64,000 bases of DNA from Patescibacteria group bacterium (GTDB lineage Bacteria; Patescibacteriota; Patescibacteriia; SBBC01; CAIJZX01). Under the pieces are notes generated by a model. The model did not search any database, was not told the origin of the DNA, and saw only the letters and a program-made list of their open reading frames with translations. The stretch covers positions 34,756 through 98,755 of the forward strand of contig JBBTRH010000002.1 in assembly GCA_038065275.1 (NCBI GenBank), given 5' to 3'. The translations under genes were made by a program, and so were the position numbers. Positions 29,358 through 39,980 of this stretch are shown here, one piece after another (the first letter of the stretch is position 1; each line of letters opens with the position of its first letter).

Positions 29358-30236
29358 ATGATTATCTCCCACATCATCGGCGGCACTGGAAACCAAATGT
29401 TTCAGTACGCCGTCGGTCGAGCACTAGCTTTACGTCTGGGCACTGAAGTCAAGGTTGATGTTACTGAATTCGCTCGCTATCCACTGCGAACGTACGACCT
29501 TCATAAATTCAATGTGCACACAGCCAAGGCGTCCGCACAAGAATTCCTCACATTACGCGGTCAGATAAATCAAGGACCTAGTAGTCGTCTACTTCAACGA
29601 CTCTTGCCGAGAATCTACCGGACCAAAACTGGGTACTACAAGGAACGCGGATTTACATTTGATACAAACGTACTGAACCTGCCCGATAATACTCTTTTAG
29701 AGGGATTCTGGCAGTCCGAAAAATACTTTACCGATGTAGCCGACACCATCCGTCAGGATTTCATGACTACCGAACCGCTTGATCCAGTAAACCAGCACCT
29801 GTACGACCAAATCAAAGGAACTATGGCCATTGCGGTCCATGTCCGTCGTGGGGATTATGTGACGAATTCAGTGACTAACGCCTTTCACGGTACCACACCG
29901 CTTGAATATTACCGCGCCGCCGTGCAGAAGATGACCGCCTACGTTCCGCAAGCGACGTTCTTCGTCTTTTCTGATGACCACCCATGGGTCCAGCAAAACC
30001 TGAAGTTCAATGCTCCTACCGTCTTCGTCACCGCCAACGACGCATCACGATCACACTTTGACCTTCACCTGATGCGTGCTTGCCAACACCACGTCCTGGC
30101 TAATAGCTCGTTCAGTTGGTGGGGAGCTTGGTTGGCCGAACATCCCACACAACACGTCATCGCCCCAGCACGTTGGTTTGCCAACATCTCGCTGGATACC
30201 AAGGACCTTATCCCTGACCGATGGGAGAAAATGTAA
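29358..30236 (+). CDS. Alpha-1,2-fucosyltransferase (GT11)
   Basis: GGTGNQMFQYA, GFWQSEKYF, HVRRGDY, FSDD, ANSSFSWWGAWL. Confidence 0.95.
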   Translation: MIISHIIGGTGNQMFQYAVGRALALRLGTEVKVDVTEFARYPLRTYDLHKFNVHTAKASAQEFLTLRGQINQGPSSRLLQRLLPRIYRTKTGYYKERGFTFDTNVLNLPDNTLLEGFWQSEKYFTDVADTIRQDFMTTEPLDPVNQHLYDQIKGTMAIAVHVRRGDYVTNSVTNAFHGTTPLEYYRAAVQKMTAYVPQATFFVFSDDHPWVQQNLKFNAPTVFVTANDASRSHFDLHLMRACQHHVLANSSFSWWGAWLAEHPTQHVIAPARWFANISLDTKDLIPDRWEKM

Positions 30237-30395
30237 AGGTATTAGCGTTTACACCAGTGCGTACTGTTGGAGATTGTCCGACGTTGTGAAAATACTGACC
30301 ACGCTGTAGTATTCACCCCGCTACGGATAGACCGGGTACTATTTCGCAACGATGTCCGCGGACGCCCAACAGCTTCTCTCAATTGATCCCTCTCC

Positions 30396-31388
30396 ATGCA
30401 GTCATTCAACAATAAACGCGTACTCATCTTCGGTGGCCTCGGCTTGATCGGTAGTGGTGTAGCCCGGATGTGCATTGCCCAGGGGGCCAGTGTTACTATC
30501 GCAGACAACCGCGCGCCCATTTTTGGGGCCAACGATTTCAATCTTTCTGACCTTGATGGAAAATTCGAGTTACTGACCGGCGACGTCCGTGAACTCAATT
30601 TTGTCCAGCAAGCTGTACGCGATAAAGACTACGTTCTGAACTTCGCCGCACAAGTTGACCACGTTCGGAGTATCGAAGATCCGATACTTGATAACCAATT
30701 AAACTGTGTCGGCCACCTCAACGTACTACTAGCGTGTCGGGACATCAATCCAGATGCCATTCTATTCTACCCCGGTTCTCGCCTGCAGTATGGAAGTACG
30801 CCGACCCTGCCGGTAGCGGAATCACATCCCCGGCGACCGATCAGTCTCTACGCCATTCATAAAAACACCGCCGAACAATACTACCAAGTATTCTCTACGT
30901 ATCATGGCATTCGTTTAGTGTGTATACGAATTACAAACCCATATGGCCCACGTGCCCAGATGAAGAATCCACGCTACGGCTTAGTCAATTGGTTCGTCCG
31001 CCAAGCGTTGGATGGAAAGACAATCACGGTCTATGGCAATGGCCGCCAACAACGCGATTACATTTACATCGACGATTTGGTCGATGGCATACTTCAAGTT
31101 ATTGCCACCCCAAAATGTTTCGGTCACGTCTACAACCTGGGATCGGGACAAGGTACGAGATTCATTGATATGGCCAAGACGGTTGTGCAGGCGGTAGGGC
31201 AAGGTGAGGTCGTTTCAGTCCCTTGGCCAAAACAATTCGATACATCAGAGTCTGGCGATTTCTATGCCGATATCGCCGCCATCACTTCTGATACGACATG
31301 GACGCCCGTAACGAATCTATCGAGCGGTATTCAACAAACCGTCGAGTACTACCGTGTACACCGCGATAAGTACTGGACACGCGAGTAG
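30396..31388 (+). CDS. NAD-dependent epimerase/dehydratase
   Basis: GGLGLIGS, YAIHK, NPYGPR, RDYIYIDD. Confidence 0.9.
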   Translation: MQSFNNKRVLIFGGLGLIGSGVARMCIAQGASVTIADNRAPIFGANDFNLSDLDGKFELLTGDVRELNFVQQAVRDKDYVLNFAAQVDHVRSIEDPILDNQLNCVGHLNVLLACRDINPDAILFYPGSRLQYGSTPTLPVAESHPRRPISLYAIHKNTAEQYYQVFSTYHGIRLVCIRITNPYGPRAQMKNPRYGLVNWFVRQALDGKTITVYGNGRQQRDYIYIDDLVDGILQVIATPKCFGHVYNLGSGQGTRFIDMAKTVVQAVGQGEVVSVPWPKQFDTSESGDFYADIAAITSDTTWTPVTNLSSGIQQTVEYYRVHRDKYWTRE

Positions 31389-31389
31389 T

Positions 31390-32559
31390 ATGAGAATCTT
31401 GCATTGTGTAGAATTTTATTACCCGTCCGTTGGTGGTGCACAAGAGGTGGTCCGTCAGATATCCGAACGTTTAGTTCAGCAAGGACACCAGGTGACTGTT
31501 GCTACCTCAACGAACGCCAACCGGACAGACTATGTACATCACGGTGTTTCGATCGTAGAATTTTCTGTCTCCGGAAATCAAGCCAATGGCTTACATGGAG
31601 AAGTCGAGCGGTACCAAGAGTTCGTTCGTAACGGATCGTTCGACGTCATCATGATCTACGCCGCTCAGCAATGGACTCTTGATTCACTCATTCCTGTATT
31701 GCCGTCGATCAGCACCCCACTTGTACTCGTCCCCTGCGGATTCTCTGGCCTGAACAATCCAGCATATCAAAAGTATTTCCTGTCCATGCCGTCATGGTTG
31801 ATATATTTTCGTAAACTGGTTTTCTTATCTGAGAGTTACCAGGATATAAAGTTTGTTCGTGAACACGGATACATGAATACAGTGTTAATCCCGAACGGCG
31901 CTGACGAGCATGAGTTTAATGATCCGCCACAAGACTTCCGGAAGAAATATGGTTTGAACGATGAATTCCTGCTCTTGACCGTCGGCGGACACACCGGTAT
32001 CAAAGGACATGCGTTTGCCATGCGAGCATTCACCAAAGCACGGATCAAAGATGCGACATTGCTCATCATTGGTAACACGCCGGTCGGTGGGGGCTGTAAA
32101 CGAAATTGTACCATCCTGGCGAACGTCTACAATTTCCACCCACGTAACATGTTGAAACACAAACGCATCGTCATTTTGGATCCGCCGCGGCATGATGTCG
32201 TTTCTGCTTTTTCAATGTCTAACCTCTTTATTTTACCGTCAAATATCGAAGCATCACCTCTAGTATTGTATGAATCAATGGCCGCAAAGCTTCCATTCAT
32301 CTCATTTGATGTCGGAAATACCCGAGAGATTGTCGATTGGTCGAATGGTGGTATCATTGCCAAGACCCGCAAACGCGCTGATGGGTTTGCCTTCGGTGAT
32401 CTCGCTGATTGTACACGACTGATCGAACTACTCTACCGCGACCCGGATGGTCGCCGTCAACTCGGCTTAAGTGGTCATGCGGCCTGGGAACGTTCCTTCA
32501 CGTTCGAGCGCCTGGCCAGCAAGTACGAGCAGTTGTATCATGAGATATTGGCCACTTAG
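31390..32559 (+). CDS. Glycosyltransferase family 4
   Basis: YYPSVGGAQ, KGH, PSNIEASPLVLYESMA. Confidence 0.9.
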   Translation: MRILHCVEFYYPSVGGAQEVVRQISERLVQQGHQVTVATSTNANRTDYVHHGVSIVEFSVSGNQANGLHGEVERYQEFVRNGSFDVIMIYAAQQWTLDSLIPVLPSISTPLVLVPCGFSGLNNPAYQKYFLSMPSWLIYFRKLVFLSESYQDIKFVREHGYMNTVLIPNGADEHEFNDPPQDFRKKYGLNDEFLLLTVGGHTGIKGHAFAMRAFTKARIKDATLLIIGNTPVGGGCKRNCTILANVYNFHPRNMLKHKRIVILDPPRHDVVSAFSMSNLFILPSNIEASPLVLYESMAAKLPFISFDVGNTREIVDWSNGGIIAKTRKRADGFAFGDLADCTRLIELLYRDPDGRRQLGLSGHAAWERSFTFERLASKYEQLYHEILAT

Positions 32560-33644
32560 GATTTCTTCAGTAAATTCAAGTAGGCCTTTCCCATCCGCAT
32601 CGCTCCGCCATCCCGTTGCATGTAGGTCAACGCCGCTTCTTTCATTACCGAAACATCCTGTCCGTTCTCAAGAACATGTTGCAGGGCATTTCGATACCGC
32701 TCAGGGGTATTCGGCTCGATCATTATCCCGCGCCCTTGTAGTAGCTCTGGTAATCCGCCAGCGGTACTTCCAATCACCAAAACGTTGTTCTGAAAAGCTT
32801 CGAGTACCGCGTAGGGCTGCCCCTCAGATCGAGAAGGTATGATGAGCACGTCGAGCCGTGAATAAATCTCGCCGGCATCGTTCAATGTGGGCTCGATCTG
32901 ACAATTGCTCATGTCTCGAACTTGTTCCCTGATCTGTTCTCCCAACGGACCGGTACCAAACAGGGTAAACGTGACGGGGAGATCTAAACACAATGCTGCT
33001 GTTTTTAGGAATATGTCAGGCCCCTTCTCATGGGAGAACCGGCCGACATATCCGACCGAGAGGTTATTCCGTCCACTTCGTAAGACTCGTTCGACTTGGA
33101 CCGGCGGTAGTCCGTTTGGTACCACGACTATTCTCGCATGTTGAATTCCGGCAGAGATAAGATTCTCCGCACAATACGAAGAAACGGAAATGTACATGGC
33201 CACCAGTGATTGGAGTAGACGGTGGAGTGTATAGATTATCGCAACAGTGAACTTCCGACTACCAGGCATATCACGTAAAGTCGAATGTACCACTACATAC
33301 AGTGCTGTTTTCCGGTACAAAGATGCGTAGCTGAAAAAGAACAAACTTTCATAAAGGTCATTTACTAGAATGTACCGTGTGTGAGCTGATTGGAGTAACC
33401 GGAAGAGACAAGGTTGCAGGTAGGCGTTATGAAAACTCGGCTCGTCGACAAAACGAACTTGAATCGACGGCAGTAAACCTTGAATGGCGGGCCGCAAATT
33501 CTTCGTGGTAATGACGACTAGTAGCACGTCGTGACCACCTCTCTGGAGTTCTGGCAACAGCGCCCGGAGGTACGCGAAATATCCGCCCTGAATACTTAAT
33601 AATCGAACGACGACGACCGTCTGATGTGGAGCACGATTGTTCAT
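32556..33644 (-). CDS. Glycosyltransferase family 4
   Basis: VGRFSHEKG, PSRSEGQPYAVLEA, GGLPE. Confidence 0.88.
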   Translation of the reverse strand: MNNRAPHQTVVVVRLLSIQGGYFAYLRALLPELQRGGHDVLLVVITTKNLRPAIQGLLPSIQVRFVDEPSFHNAYLQPCLFRLLQSAHTRYILVNDLYESLFFFSYASLYRKTALYVVVHSTLRDMPGSRKFTVAIIYTLHRLLQSLVAMYISVSSYCAENLISAGIQHARIVVVPNGLPPVQVERVLRSGRNNLSVGYVGRFSHEKGPDIFLKTAALCLDLPVTFTLFGTGPLGEQIREQVRDMSNCQIEPTLNDAGEIYSRLDVLIIPSRSEGQPYAVLEAFQNNVLVIGSTAGGLPELLQGRGIMIEPNTPERYRNALQHVLENGQDVSVMKEAALTYMQRDGGAMRMGKAYLNLLKKS

Positions 33645-34606
33645 GGTCGTCGAGTCCATAATCTTCCCCACATTCGGGTCAGGTATGTTTGCGGACCGAG
33701 GCACAGACTCCGGAGGAAGAGTCGACTGGCTGGCAAACAACGGCCCTGATGCACGAGGATCCAGGCCAAGCGATAGAGATGGTATTGATACTCTGCACGC
33801 CGTAGGGCCGGCAGTCGCGTACCGTAATTAGACCAGTTCTCACGGGTTGGGTACCGTGTCTGTAAAAGGTGTCGCATGTTTTTTTCAATCAACTCCACCT
33901 TTTCGTTCTCCGTGAACACCCTGCTGATAACAGCGGACGTTTCCTTTGACATTACCTCTTGGTGCTGACCGCTCACGCTCGATGGATGATCCATCCAGAC
34001 ATACAAAGGTTCGGCTAAATTGGCTATTTCAGTCACTCGAGAACACCGCAACCACAGATCGAAATCCTCGTAATGTGTTGCTTGGGCTCGGTAGGTTAAA
34101 CCATTCTCCCGCAGAACAGAGCCCCGGATCATTACCGTGCCATGTCCCAACGGGTTTCGATACAAGAGTTGCAAATGTACATCGGCCGGATCGAGCAGCG
34201 ACGGGTAGATCGAAGTGTAGTGTCCCGTTGCATTCATAACATAATATGTCGTCCCGACTATACCGCAACGAGGATGATTCTCCAAATAGTTGATTTGCTT
34301 CTCCAAGCGCTGCGGTAAGGAAATATCATCTACGTCCATACGGGCAATGAATTGCCCTCGGCTCGCTCGTAGTCCTTCGTTCAGTGCTGCCACGATCCCC
34401 TGGTGAGGTAATCGCTTCAGCACTATCCTGGGATCGGGAAATTCCTGGCTGACTATTTCTTTGGTCCGATCTGTCGAACCATCATCAAGAATTATTAACT
34501 CGAAGTCCTGGAATGTTTGGGACAGTGCGCTCTGGATCGATGTCCGAATGTACTGTTCCCCATTCCAGACCGGAAGGAGAACTGAGATTACTGGTTCACG
34601 TCTCAT
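33641..34606 (-). CDS. Glycosyltransferase family 2
   Basis: ISVLLPVWN, DDGSTD, ARMDVDD, EDFDLWLR. Confidence 0.9.
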   Translation of the reverse strand: MRREPVISVLLPVWNGEQYIRTSIQSALSQTFQDFELIILDDGSTDRTKEIVSQEFPDPRIVLKRLPHQGIVAALNEGLRASRGQFIARMDVDDISLPQRLEKQINYLENHPRCGIVGTTYYVMNATGHYTSIYPSLLDPADVHLQLLYRNPLGHGTVMIRGSVLRENGLTYRAQATHYEDFDLWLRCSRVTEIANLAEPLYVWMDHPSSVSGQHQEVMSKETSAVISRVFTENEKVELIEKNMRHLLQTRYPTRENWSNYGTRLPALRRAEYQYHLYRLAWILVHQGRCLPASRLFLRSLCLGPQTYLTRMWGRLWTRRP

Positions 34607-35402
34607 AGTGTTTACGAACCATTTCAATCCGGTGGTTAATGTCAAGTTTAGCGTACGTTACCGCCAACCCGCGAAGGAAATAAAACGTCTGGAGCAGGCG
34701 TAAGCCAAGACCGCTGGAATATCTCCGTTGCAATCGAAATGCTTCATGAATGTGTTCGATCCCTCGAGTAGAACTCTTTGTGTCCATGTAATATCGGGCG
34801 TCGGAAATAATCCACGGCAGAATCGTAGGTCCACAGTTTTCGGCCATGCGTAACCAAAGATCATAATCCATGGCCAAGTGTAAATCTTTGTTGAGAATCC
34901 CGACTCGAAAGAGGAAGTCGCGCCGATAGATACAGCTAGGTTGCATGATGTTACATATGACCTGCAACCGCCGATGGGAATAGGCGGTTGGTTGAATCGT
35001 CTTGTAGATTCGTCGGTCAATATCAACGTACCGCCAGCCCCCATATCCCCAGTTTGGATGATCCGGTGCGGCAAATCGTTCGATGACTTTTTTCACTACC
35101 CCCGGCTCGAGATAATCATCGGAATTGAGATAGGTGAGAATGTCACCGGTAGCTAATGTGAAACCTTTATTGATCGCGTCCGACTGACCCTCATCTGGTT
35201 CGGAAATATTGATGATCCGATACCCTTGATGCTTAAGTTTCGGAGTGTATTCCTGTATGACGGACGGGGTTTTGTCGGTAGACCCGCCATCCATGATGAG
35301 TATTTCAAGATCGATGCCCCCATCTTGCTGCAAGAGTGATTCCAGGGTCTGGCTGATGAATTTGCCTTGATTCAAGGTGGGAACAACGATGGAAAGGCGC
35401 AT
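34596..35402 (-). CDS. Glycosyltransferase family 2 (WcaE/WfgS-like)
   Basis: DGGSTD, EPDEGQSDAINKG, LNSDD, MDYDLWLR. Confidence 0.9.
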   Translation of the reverse strand: MRLSIVVPTLNQGKFISQTLESLLQQDGGIDLEILIMDGGSTDKTPSVIQEYTPKLKHQGYRIINISEPDEGQSDAINKGFTLATGDILTYLNSDDYLEPGVVKKVIERFAAPDHPNWGYGGWRYVDIDRRIYKTIQPTAYSHRRLQVICNIMQPSCIYRRDFLFRVGILNKDLHLAMDYDLWLRMAENCGPTILPWIISDARYYMDTKSSTRGIEHIHEAFRLQRRYSSGLGLRLLQTFYFLRGLAVTYAKLDINHRIEMVRKHYET

Positions 35403-35476
35403 ACGTTACAGAGCTCTACGTTTGAATAAGGTGATTGCGACGGCAGACCAATCATGGTAGCACGGAATACAGTATC

Positions 35477-36985
35477 TCATGGCGAACGCGGTCGAGAAAG
35501 GGGTCGGTACACTTCGGCTGACTGATTAGCGTATTCCAAAGTAAATCTGTTCGTCGCTTTGACGAGCCGACTGAGTTCGCTGAATTTTTTTCCGTCGATA
35601 TCACCGATCGTAATAAATAACATAGAGATATCGTTGTCTGCCAGCCAGTTCGCGTCGGTCAGTACACCACGACTTATGTCTTGGTGTATAAAAAGGCGGT
35701 TAGAAATAGAAACATCAAACGGCGCGATTTCTGAAATATTTCCCAGCACAATACTGCCTACCGTCGAGTTATCTTTTATGAATTTGAGGGCAGCAACTTG
35801 GTCGGGCCCTACGAAATTCGTATGAGCGGCAACGTACGAATTCGTCTGCACCGCATAGATAACAGCTTGGGATAATATGATACATACGATTAACGGCCTA
35901 AGGAACTTGCTCATCCTAGTTGTACACAGAATATAATGCAGCCCGATTACTACAACAATGATCAATCCGGGCCAGACCATATACAAGAAACGACCGTAGT
36001 AGAAATAGATTCCTAGATATGCGAGTAAGGTCAGTGATATCCCGACCAGGGTCCAGACTACTGCCGGACTGAGGATCCGCGTTGAACTCCTCTTCTTCAT
36101 GGTTCTCAGGAGATAGACGAATGCAAACAAGAACAAGACAATATTGATTTCGCGGAGGTTGGTAATATATTGCTCAAAGACAATTTTTTGTGCAAACCTA
36201 TCACCCGAAATGGCATCGCTGTTGTGATAATTGTAGATGATCATCGATCGTACTATCGGAACCAGCTTCATCAGCGCACCCGCAACGAGAACCCCGATCA
36301 GCAACATGATTTTTTTATTTATTGGTTTGAGTAGCGACCACCATGAGCTGGCGCGAAGACCGACAATGATCATCATGGCGACCACGAAATAGATGAACGA
36401 CAATGATCGGTGAGTGAAGTAGAGACTGACTAAAACAATAACCAGCACCGACCATGATCGAGGTCGTATCGGGAGGCAATAGAATGTTAGAGCGACCAGC
36501 AGGATGTTGATGAACCCCAGAAAATTTGCGATGGTAGAGCTGTTAAATAAGAAAAACAATCCATAAAAATTTAATCCAAGAACCGTCCCTACTACTTGAA
36601 TTGCCTGACTACCAGTACTTCGACCAATGACGATACCAAGCAACACGAGCATTTCCATGACCAGGATCATTTGGAGGGTAGAAAAGAGGGGGTACTCGAT
36701 GTCCAAACCGGTCAGACGGTTCAACACAACCAATAACAAGCTGTTGACCGGACTTTCATACATCGGTCTTCGAACATAGGCGTTGTTGTTGTCCGTCGGC
36801 AACCGTCCGCCGTGGTTAAGAATGAACCGAGCATCGAGTATGTACACACTTGAATCACCTCCGGGTGGTGTACCGGCCTTGAGACTCAAACCAAAGATAG
36901 TCGCAATGAGCGCGATGCTGCACACCAACACCGCCCCGAAAAGCCAATTGGATGGTGTTTGTCGATGGTTATGAATACTGTTCAT
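35477..36985 (-). CDS. Polytopic membrane protein, probable GT-C glycosyltransferase/ligase
   Basis: About 11 TM, GGD loop after TM1, YFTH, GRFLY, C-terminal soluble domain. Confidence 0.6.
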   Translation of the reverse strand: MNSIHNHRQTPSNWLFGAVLVCSIALIATIFGLSLKAGTPPGGDSSVYILDARFILNHGGRLPTDNNNAYVRRPMYESPVNSLLLVVLNRLTGLDIEYPLFSTLQMILVMEMLVLLGIVIGRSTGSQAIQVVGTVLGLNFYGLFFLFNSSTIANFLGFINILLVALTFYCLPIRPRSWSVLVIVLVSLYFTHRSLSFIYFVVAMMIIVGLRASSWWSLLKPINKKIMLLIGVLVAGALMKLVPIVRSMIIYNYHNSDAISGDRFAQKIVFEQYITNLREINIVLFLFAFVYLLRTMKKRSSTRILSPAVVWTLVGISLTLLAYLGIYFYYGRFLYMVWPGLIIVVVIGLHYILCTTRMSKFLRPLIVCIILSQAVIYAVQTNSYVAAHTNFVGPDQVAALKFIKDNSTVGSIVLGNISEIAPFDVSISNRLFIHQDISRGVLTDANWLADNDISMLFITIGDIDGKKFSELSRLVKATNRFTLEYANQSAEVYRPLSRPRSP

Positions 36986-38087
36986 AGACCTTCAATGTCT
37001 GCCGAGCACATCGTTCCCAAGAGTATTTTTGTATTTCAATATCACGGGCCGCGATAAGATCACCCCTTTTCACTTCGGTATTGACCGTCCGCATCGCTTC
37101 GGTACAGAGCTCATGACGATGAGGATCGAAATACAGGGCTGCTGGCCCGGCAATTTCCCGGATTACTGGAATGTCTGAACAAATAATCGGGCACCGACAG
37201 GCCATCGCCTCGACAACTGGCAAGCCAAATCCTTCGTGCCACGATGGGAAGATCAGGGCCCGTGCATTCGCATAGAAAAAGGGTAAGTCAATGTCTTCGA
37301 CTTTTGCCAGCCACCGAATATCGTCCGCAAATGGAGACGTTTTCATCGCTTGTTCGATGGCCTGATATTTCCATCCTAAACGTCCGATGATGAAGAGTTG
37401 GGCCATCGATCCGCCGTGACGATAATCGTTGAAGGCGGCGATCAATGTGGTTAAGTTTTTTCGCGGTTCGATGGTACCCACGAAAAGAAAATATGGGGTA
37501 TCGATGTGATACCGTTTGAGAAAATCCTGGTTATTCTGTGAATCGAGTTCCAGCGGATGGAAACGTTCGGGGTCGTGCGCCAATGTCGTCACATGAATCT
37601 TACGAGCATCGACGTGATACTGCTCGACGATCTCGCGTTTACTCGTTTCACTGATAGTGATGATTGCGTCGAGGTTATTGAGGATCAGACGAACACCGAT
37701 GGTGTTGCGCCACCGGTTGGCAGTGGTCACGAACTGCGGATAGCGCATGGGTGATAGATCGTAGATTGTTTCTATCGCCACATACGGCTGTGCGGAAAAG
37801 AACGGTCCAACTTGAGCTAAGTCATGGACCACATCGAAATTGTATTGCCGAAGCGCCCGACCAAGGGTGATTTTTCGTAGCTCGCGACCGAGCGGAACGT
37901 GCGGTGACGGAATAACAATATGTTGGATGTGACCACGGTAGAGTTCATCGTCAATCTCCTTCTCGTGGATGAGGACATACTCATTCTTCCTATCAACCTT
38001 GGTCAAATTTGTAACCAGGTTCCGGATATACCGTCCGATCCCGGCGGCCTGATAATCCAGTGAATCTGTGATTAATCCAATTTTCAT
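36969..38087 (-). CDS. Glycosyltransferase family 4 (mannosyltransferase-like)
   Basis: GIGRY, VGTIEPRKNL, PSWHEGFGLPVVEAMAC. Confidence 0.92.
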   Translation of the reverse strand: MKIGLITDSLDYQAAGIGRYIRNLVTNLTKVDRKNEYVLIHEKEIDDELYRGHIQHIVIPSPHVPLGRELRKITLGRALRQYNFDVVHDLAQVGPFFSAQPYVAIETIYDLSPMRYPQFVTTANRWRNTIGVRLILNNLDAIITISETSKREIVEQYHVDARKIHVTTLAHDPERFHPLELDSQNNQDFLKRYHIDTPYFLFVGTIEPRKNLTTLIAAFNDYRHGGSMAQLFIIGRLGWKYQAIEQAMKTSPFADDIRWLAKVEDIDLPFFYANARALIFPSWHEGFGLPVVEAMACRCPIICSDIPVIREIAGPAALYFDPHRHELCTEAMRTVNTEVKRGDLIAARDIEIQKYSWERCARQTLKVYEQYS

Positions 38088-38115
38088 GTGGGGATGGTCA
38101 AGCTGGTCACGAATA

Positions 38116-38472
38116 TCATTTCTTTCGGTTCCGGTGCATCACACGTCCAGTGACAATACCAAGCGCCGCCATCACCACGACCGTGACAACGGCCGATTCG
38201 ACTGAGATACCGATACCCAATTTATTTTCGAATAAGATGGTCAACGGCATCACCACGACTGACAGTGCGATCGATATGACACAGCGTTCAAACAAGGTGA
38301 CGCTCCGATTCTCCCAAAGCACAAAACTCCAGACGTACCCTGGCAGGAATAGGATGGCGGTAAAGCCACCGACGATTCGCAGGGACTCGAATGGTGGATA
38401 CCAGCGTAATAGAACCAGAACTGCACAGAGTAGAACGGATGTGAGCACGATGAGTTGTTTGGGGAGCGTCAT
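38116..38472 (-). CDS. DUF1616-like membrane protein
   Basis: LR...G....LFLPGY......ER...SIALS pattern. Confidence 0.7.
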   Translation of the reverse strand: MTLPKQLIVLTSVLLCAVLVLLRWYPPFESLRIVGGFTAILFLPGYVWSFVLWENRSVTLFERCVISIALSVVVMPLTILFENKLGIGISVESAVVTVVVMAALGIVTGRVMHRNRKK

Positions 38473-38476
38473 ACAA

Positions 38477-39652
38477 TTACTTCAACCGGTGGGTAGTGCC
38501 CGTGTTCGCTTCCATGGTTGTCACCGGCCGACGGTCGATTACCTCGGAATAGATACGGACAAAATTTGCAATCGTGTTCTCCCAAGGAAATGTTTTTCTC
38601 GGCAGGTGAAGCCACTGACCTTGTGACGCCGCGATGATGGCTTGGGCACATGCTCGGATATCACCTGGCGAAAAGAATACTACCCGTCCCGAAACAACTT
38701 CCGGCAATGAAGCGGCCTGACTCACCACGACCGACTGCCCAAGCAAACAGGCCTCGGCGGCACTAAAACCAAACCCTTCGGAAAGGGATGGGACGATGAC
38801 GGTATCGGCCGCGAGAATATGGCTCGCCAACTGGTCCCTAGGACACGACGGTACTATCGTCACCTGCTCCTGCAGGTGGAGCTCCTGGAGCAGATGAATG
38901 ATCTGCTGATAACGATCGAGCGGATTCTTCGAGAGCTGCAGGACGAATTTCAGGTTTGGACGTTCACGAATAGCCAGGGCGAAACCTTGCACCGCAATCT
39001 CGATCCCTTTCGCCCATCCTGGGCGGCCAAAATACAGCAGCACGAAGTCCGTCGTTTCCGTCCGCCACTCGCGCCTGATCGTTTCTCGAGTGATGGTTGG
39101 ATCGGCGGCCGGAATTGCTACTCCGTGGTAAACGACTTCTGGATGGTACTTTGGATTAGCCCGCTTGACCGCCTCAGCGGTGTGCTGCGACCCGACGACC
39201 ACTCTGGCATACGGCAAGCTGTAGATGAACCGTTCATACAGCCCATGGAGCCACGCGGACCACCATGGCATGCTGGGTAACATTCGCCACAGATCAATCC
39301 AAACCTCCTGGATGGAAAGTACTACGGGACGGCGAAATACGGTGGCCACCAGCCAGCCAGGCCAAGCCGCATTATACGTCGTCGTATGAACTACGTCTGC
39401 TTTCCGAATAGCCGGCCAGATGAACAGCGGAGCGAAGAAAGTGAAGAAATATCGCTGACCAATAGGCGGAACCGACAAACGGATGATCCTAACGCCGCTG
39501 CGCGTTTCGTTTCGTAGGGTATTTGGTAGGCGCGATGTATAGACCACAACCGAGTGGCCGAGCTTGACCATCGCTTCGGCGACGGTCTGGAACAGTGTTT
39601 CTACGCCACCAACGTGCGGGTAGTAGTACTCGAGGACGTAGACTATCTTCAC
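38477..39652 (-). CDS. Glycosyltransferase family 4
   Basis: EYYYPHVGGVE, FGRPGWAKG, PSLSEGFGFSAAEA. Confidence 0.9.
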   Translation of the reverse strand: MKIVYVLEYYYPHVGGVETLFQTVAEAMVKLGHSVVVYTSRLPNTLRNETRSGVRIIRLSVPPIGQRYFFTFFAPLFIWPAIRKADVVHTTTYNAAWPGWLVATVFRRPVVLSIQEVWIDLWRMLPSMPWWSAWLHGLYERFIYSLPYARVVVGSQHTAEAVKRANPKYHPEVVYHGVAIPAADPTITRETIRREWRTETTDFVLLYFGRPGWAKGIEIAVQGFALAIRERPNLKFVLQLSKNPLDRYQQIIHLLQELHLQEQVTIVPSCPRDQLASHILAADTVIVPSLSEGFGFSAAEACLLGQSVVVSQAASLPEVVSGRVVFFSPGDIRACAQAIIAASQGQWLHLPRKTFPWENTIANFVRIYSEVIDRRPVTTMEANTGTTHRLK

Positions 39653-39656
39653 TGCC

Positions 39657-39980
39657 TCAATCCTTTGATAACGCTATTTTTCGTACCAGCTCCTCGAGTC
39701 GTTTATCAGTTCGACGAACGACGACGTAATTCCGAAACGTCGCGCCGAAGAGTAATAAGATACCGCCAGCCGTGAGCAAATCAAAAGCACGGGTGAAATG
39801 TAACTTTTCGATAACGAATTTTGTCGGCCCGGGGAACAGTACGACAACCGCTAGACCTAGCCAGATCACCTGCCAAAAAGCGAATTCCCACAAGGAGAAT
39901 TCGCGTCGTCGGTAATGCAGAAAGGAAAAATAGGTCATCCATAACACGAACAGGAGAGCAATAATCTGAATGATGTTCAT
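39657..39980 (-). CDS. DUF2304 family membrane protein
   Basis: 3 TM, W...W........FP, R.FD, LEELVRKIAL; follows DPM-synthase-like GT2. Confidence 0.8.
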   Translation of the reverse strand: MNIIQIIALLFVLWMTYFSFLHYRRREFSLWEFAFWQVIWLGLAVVVLFPGPTKFVIEKLHFTRAFDLLTAGGILLLFGATFRNYVVVRRTDKRLEELVRKIALSKD

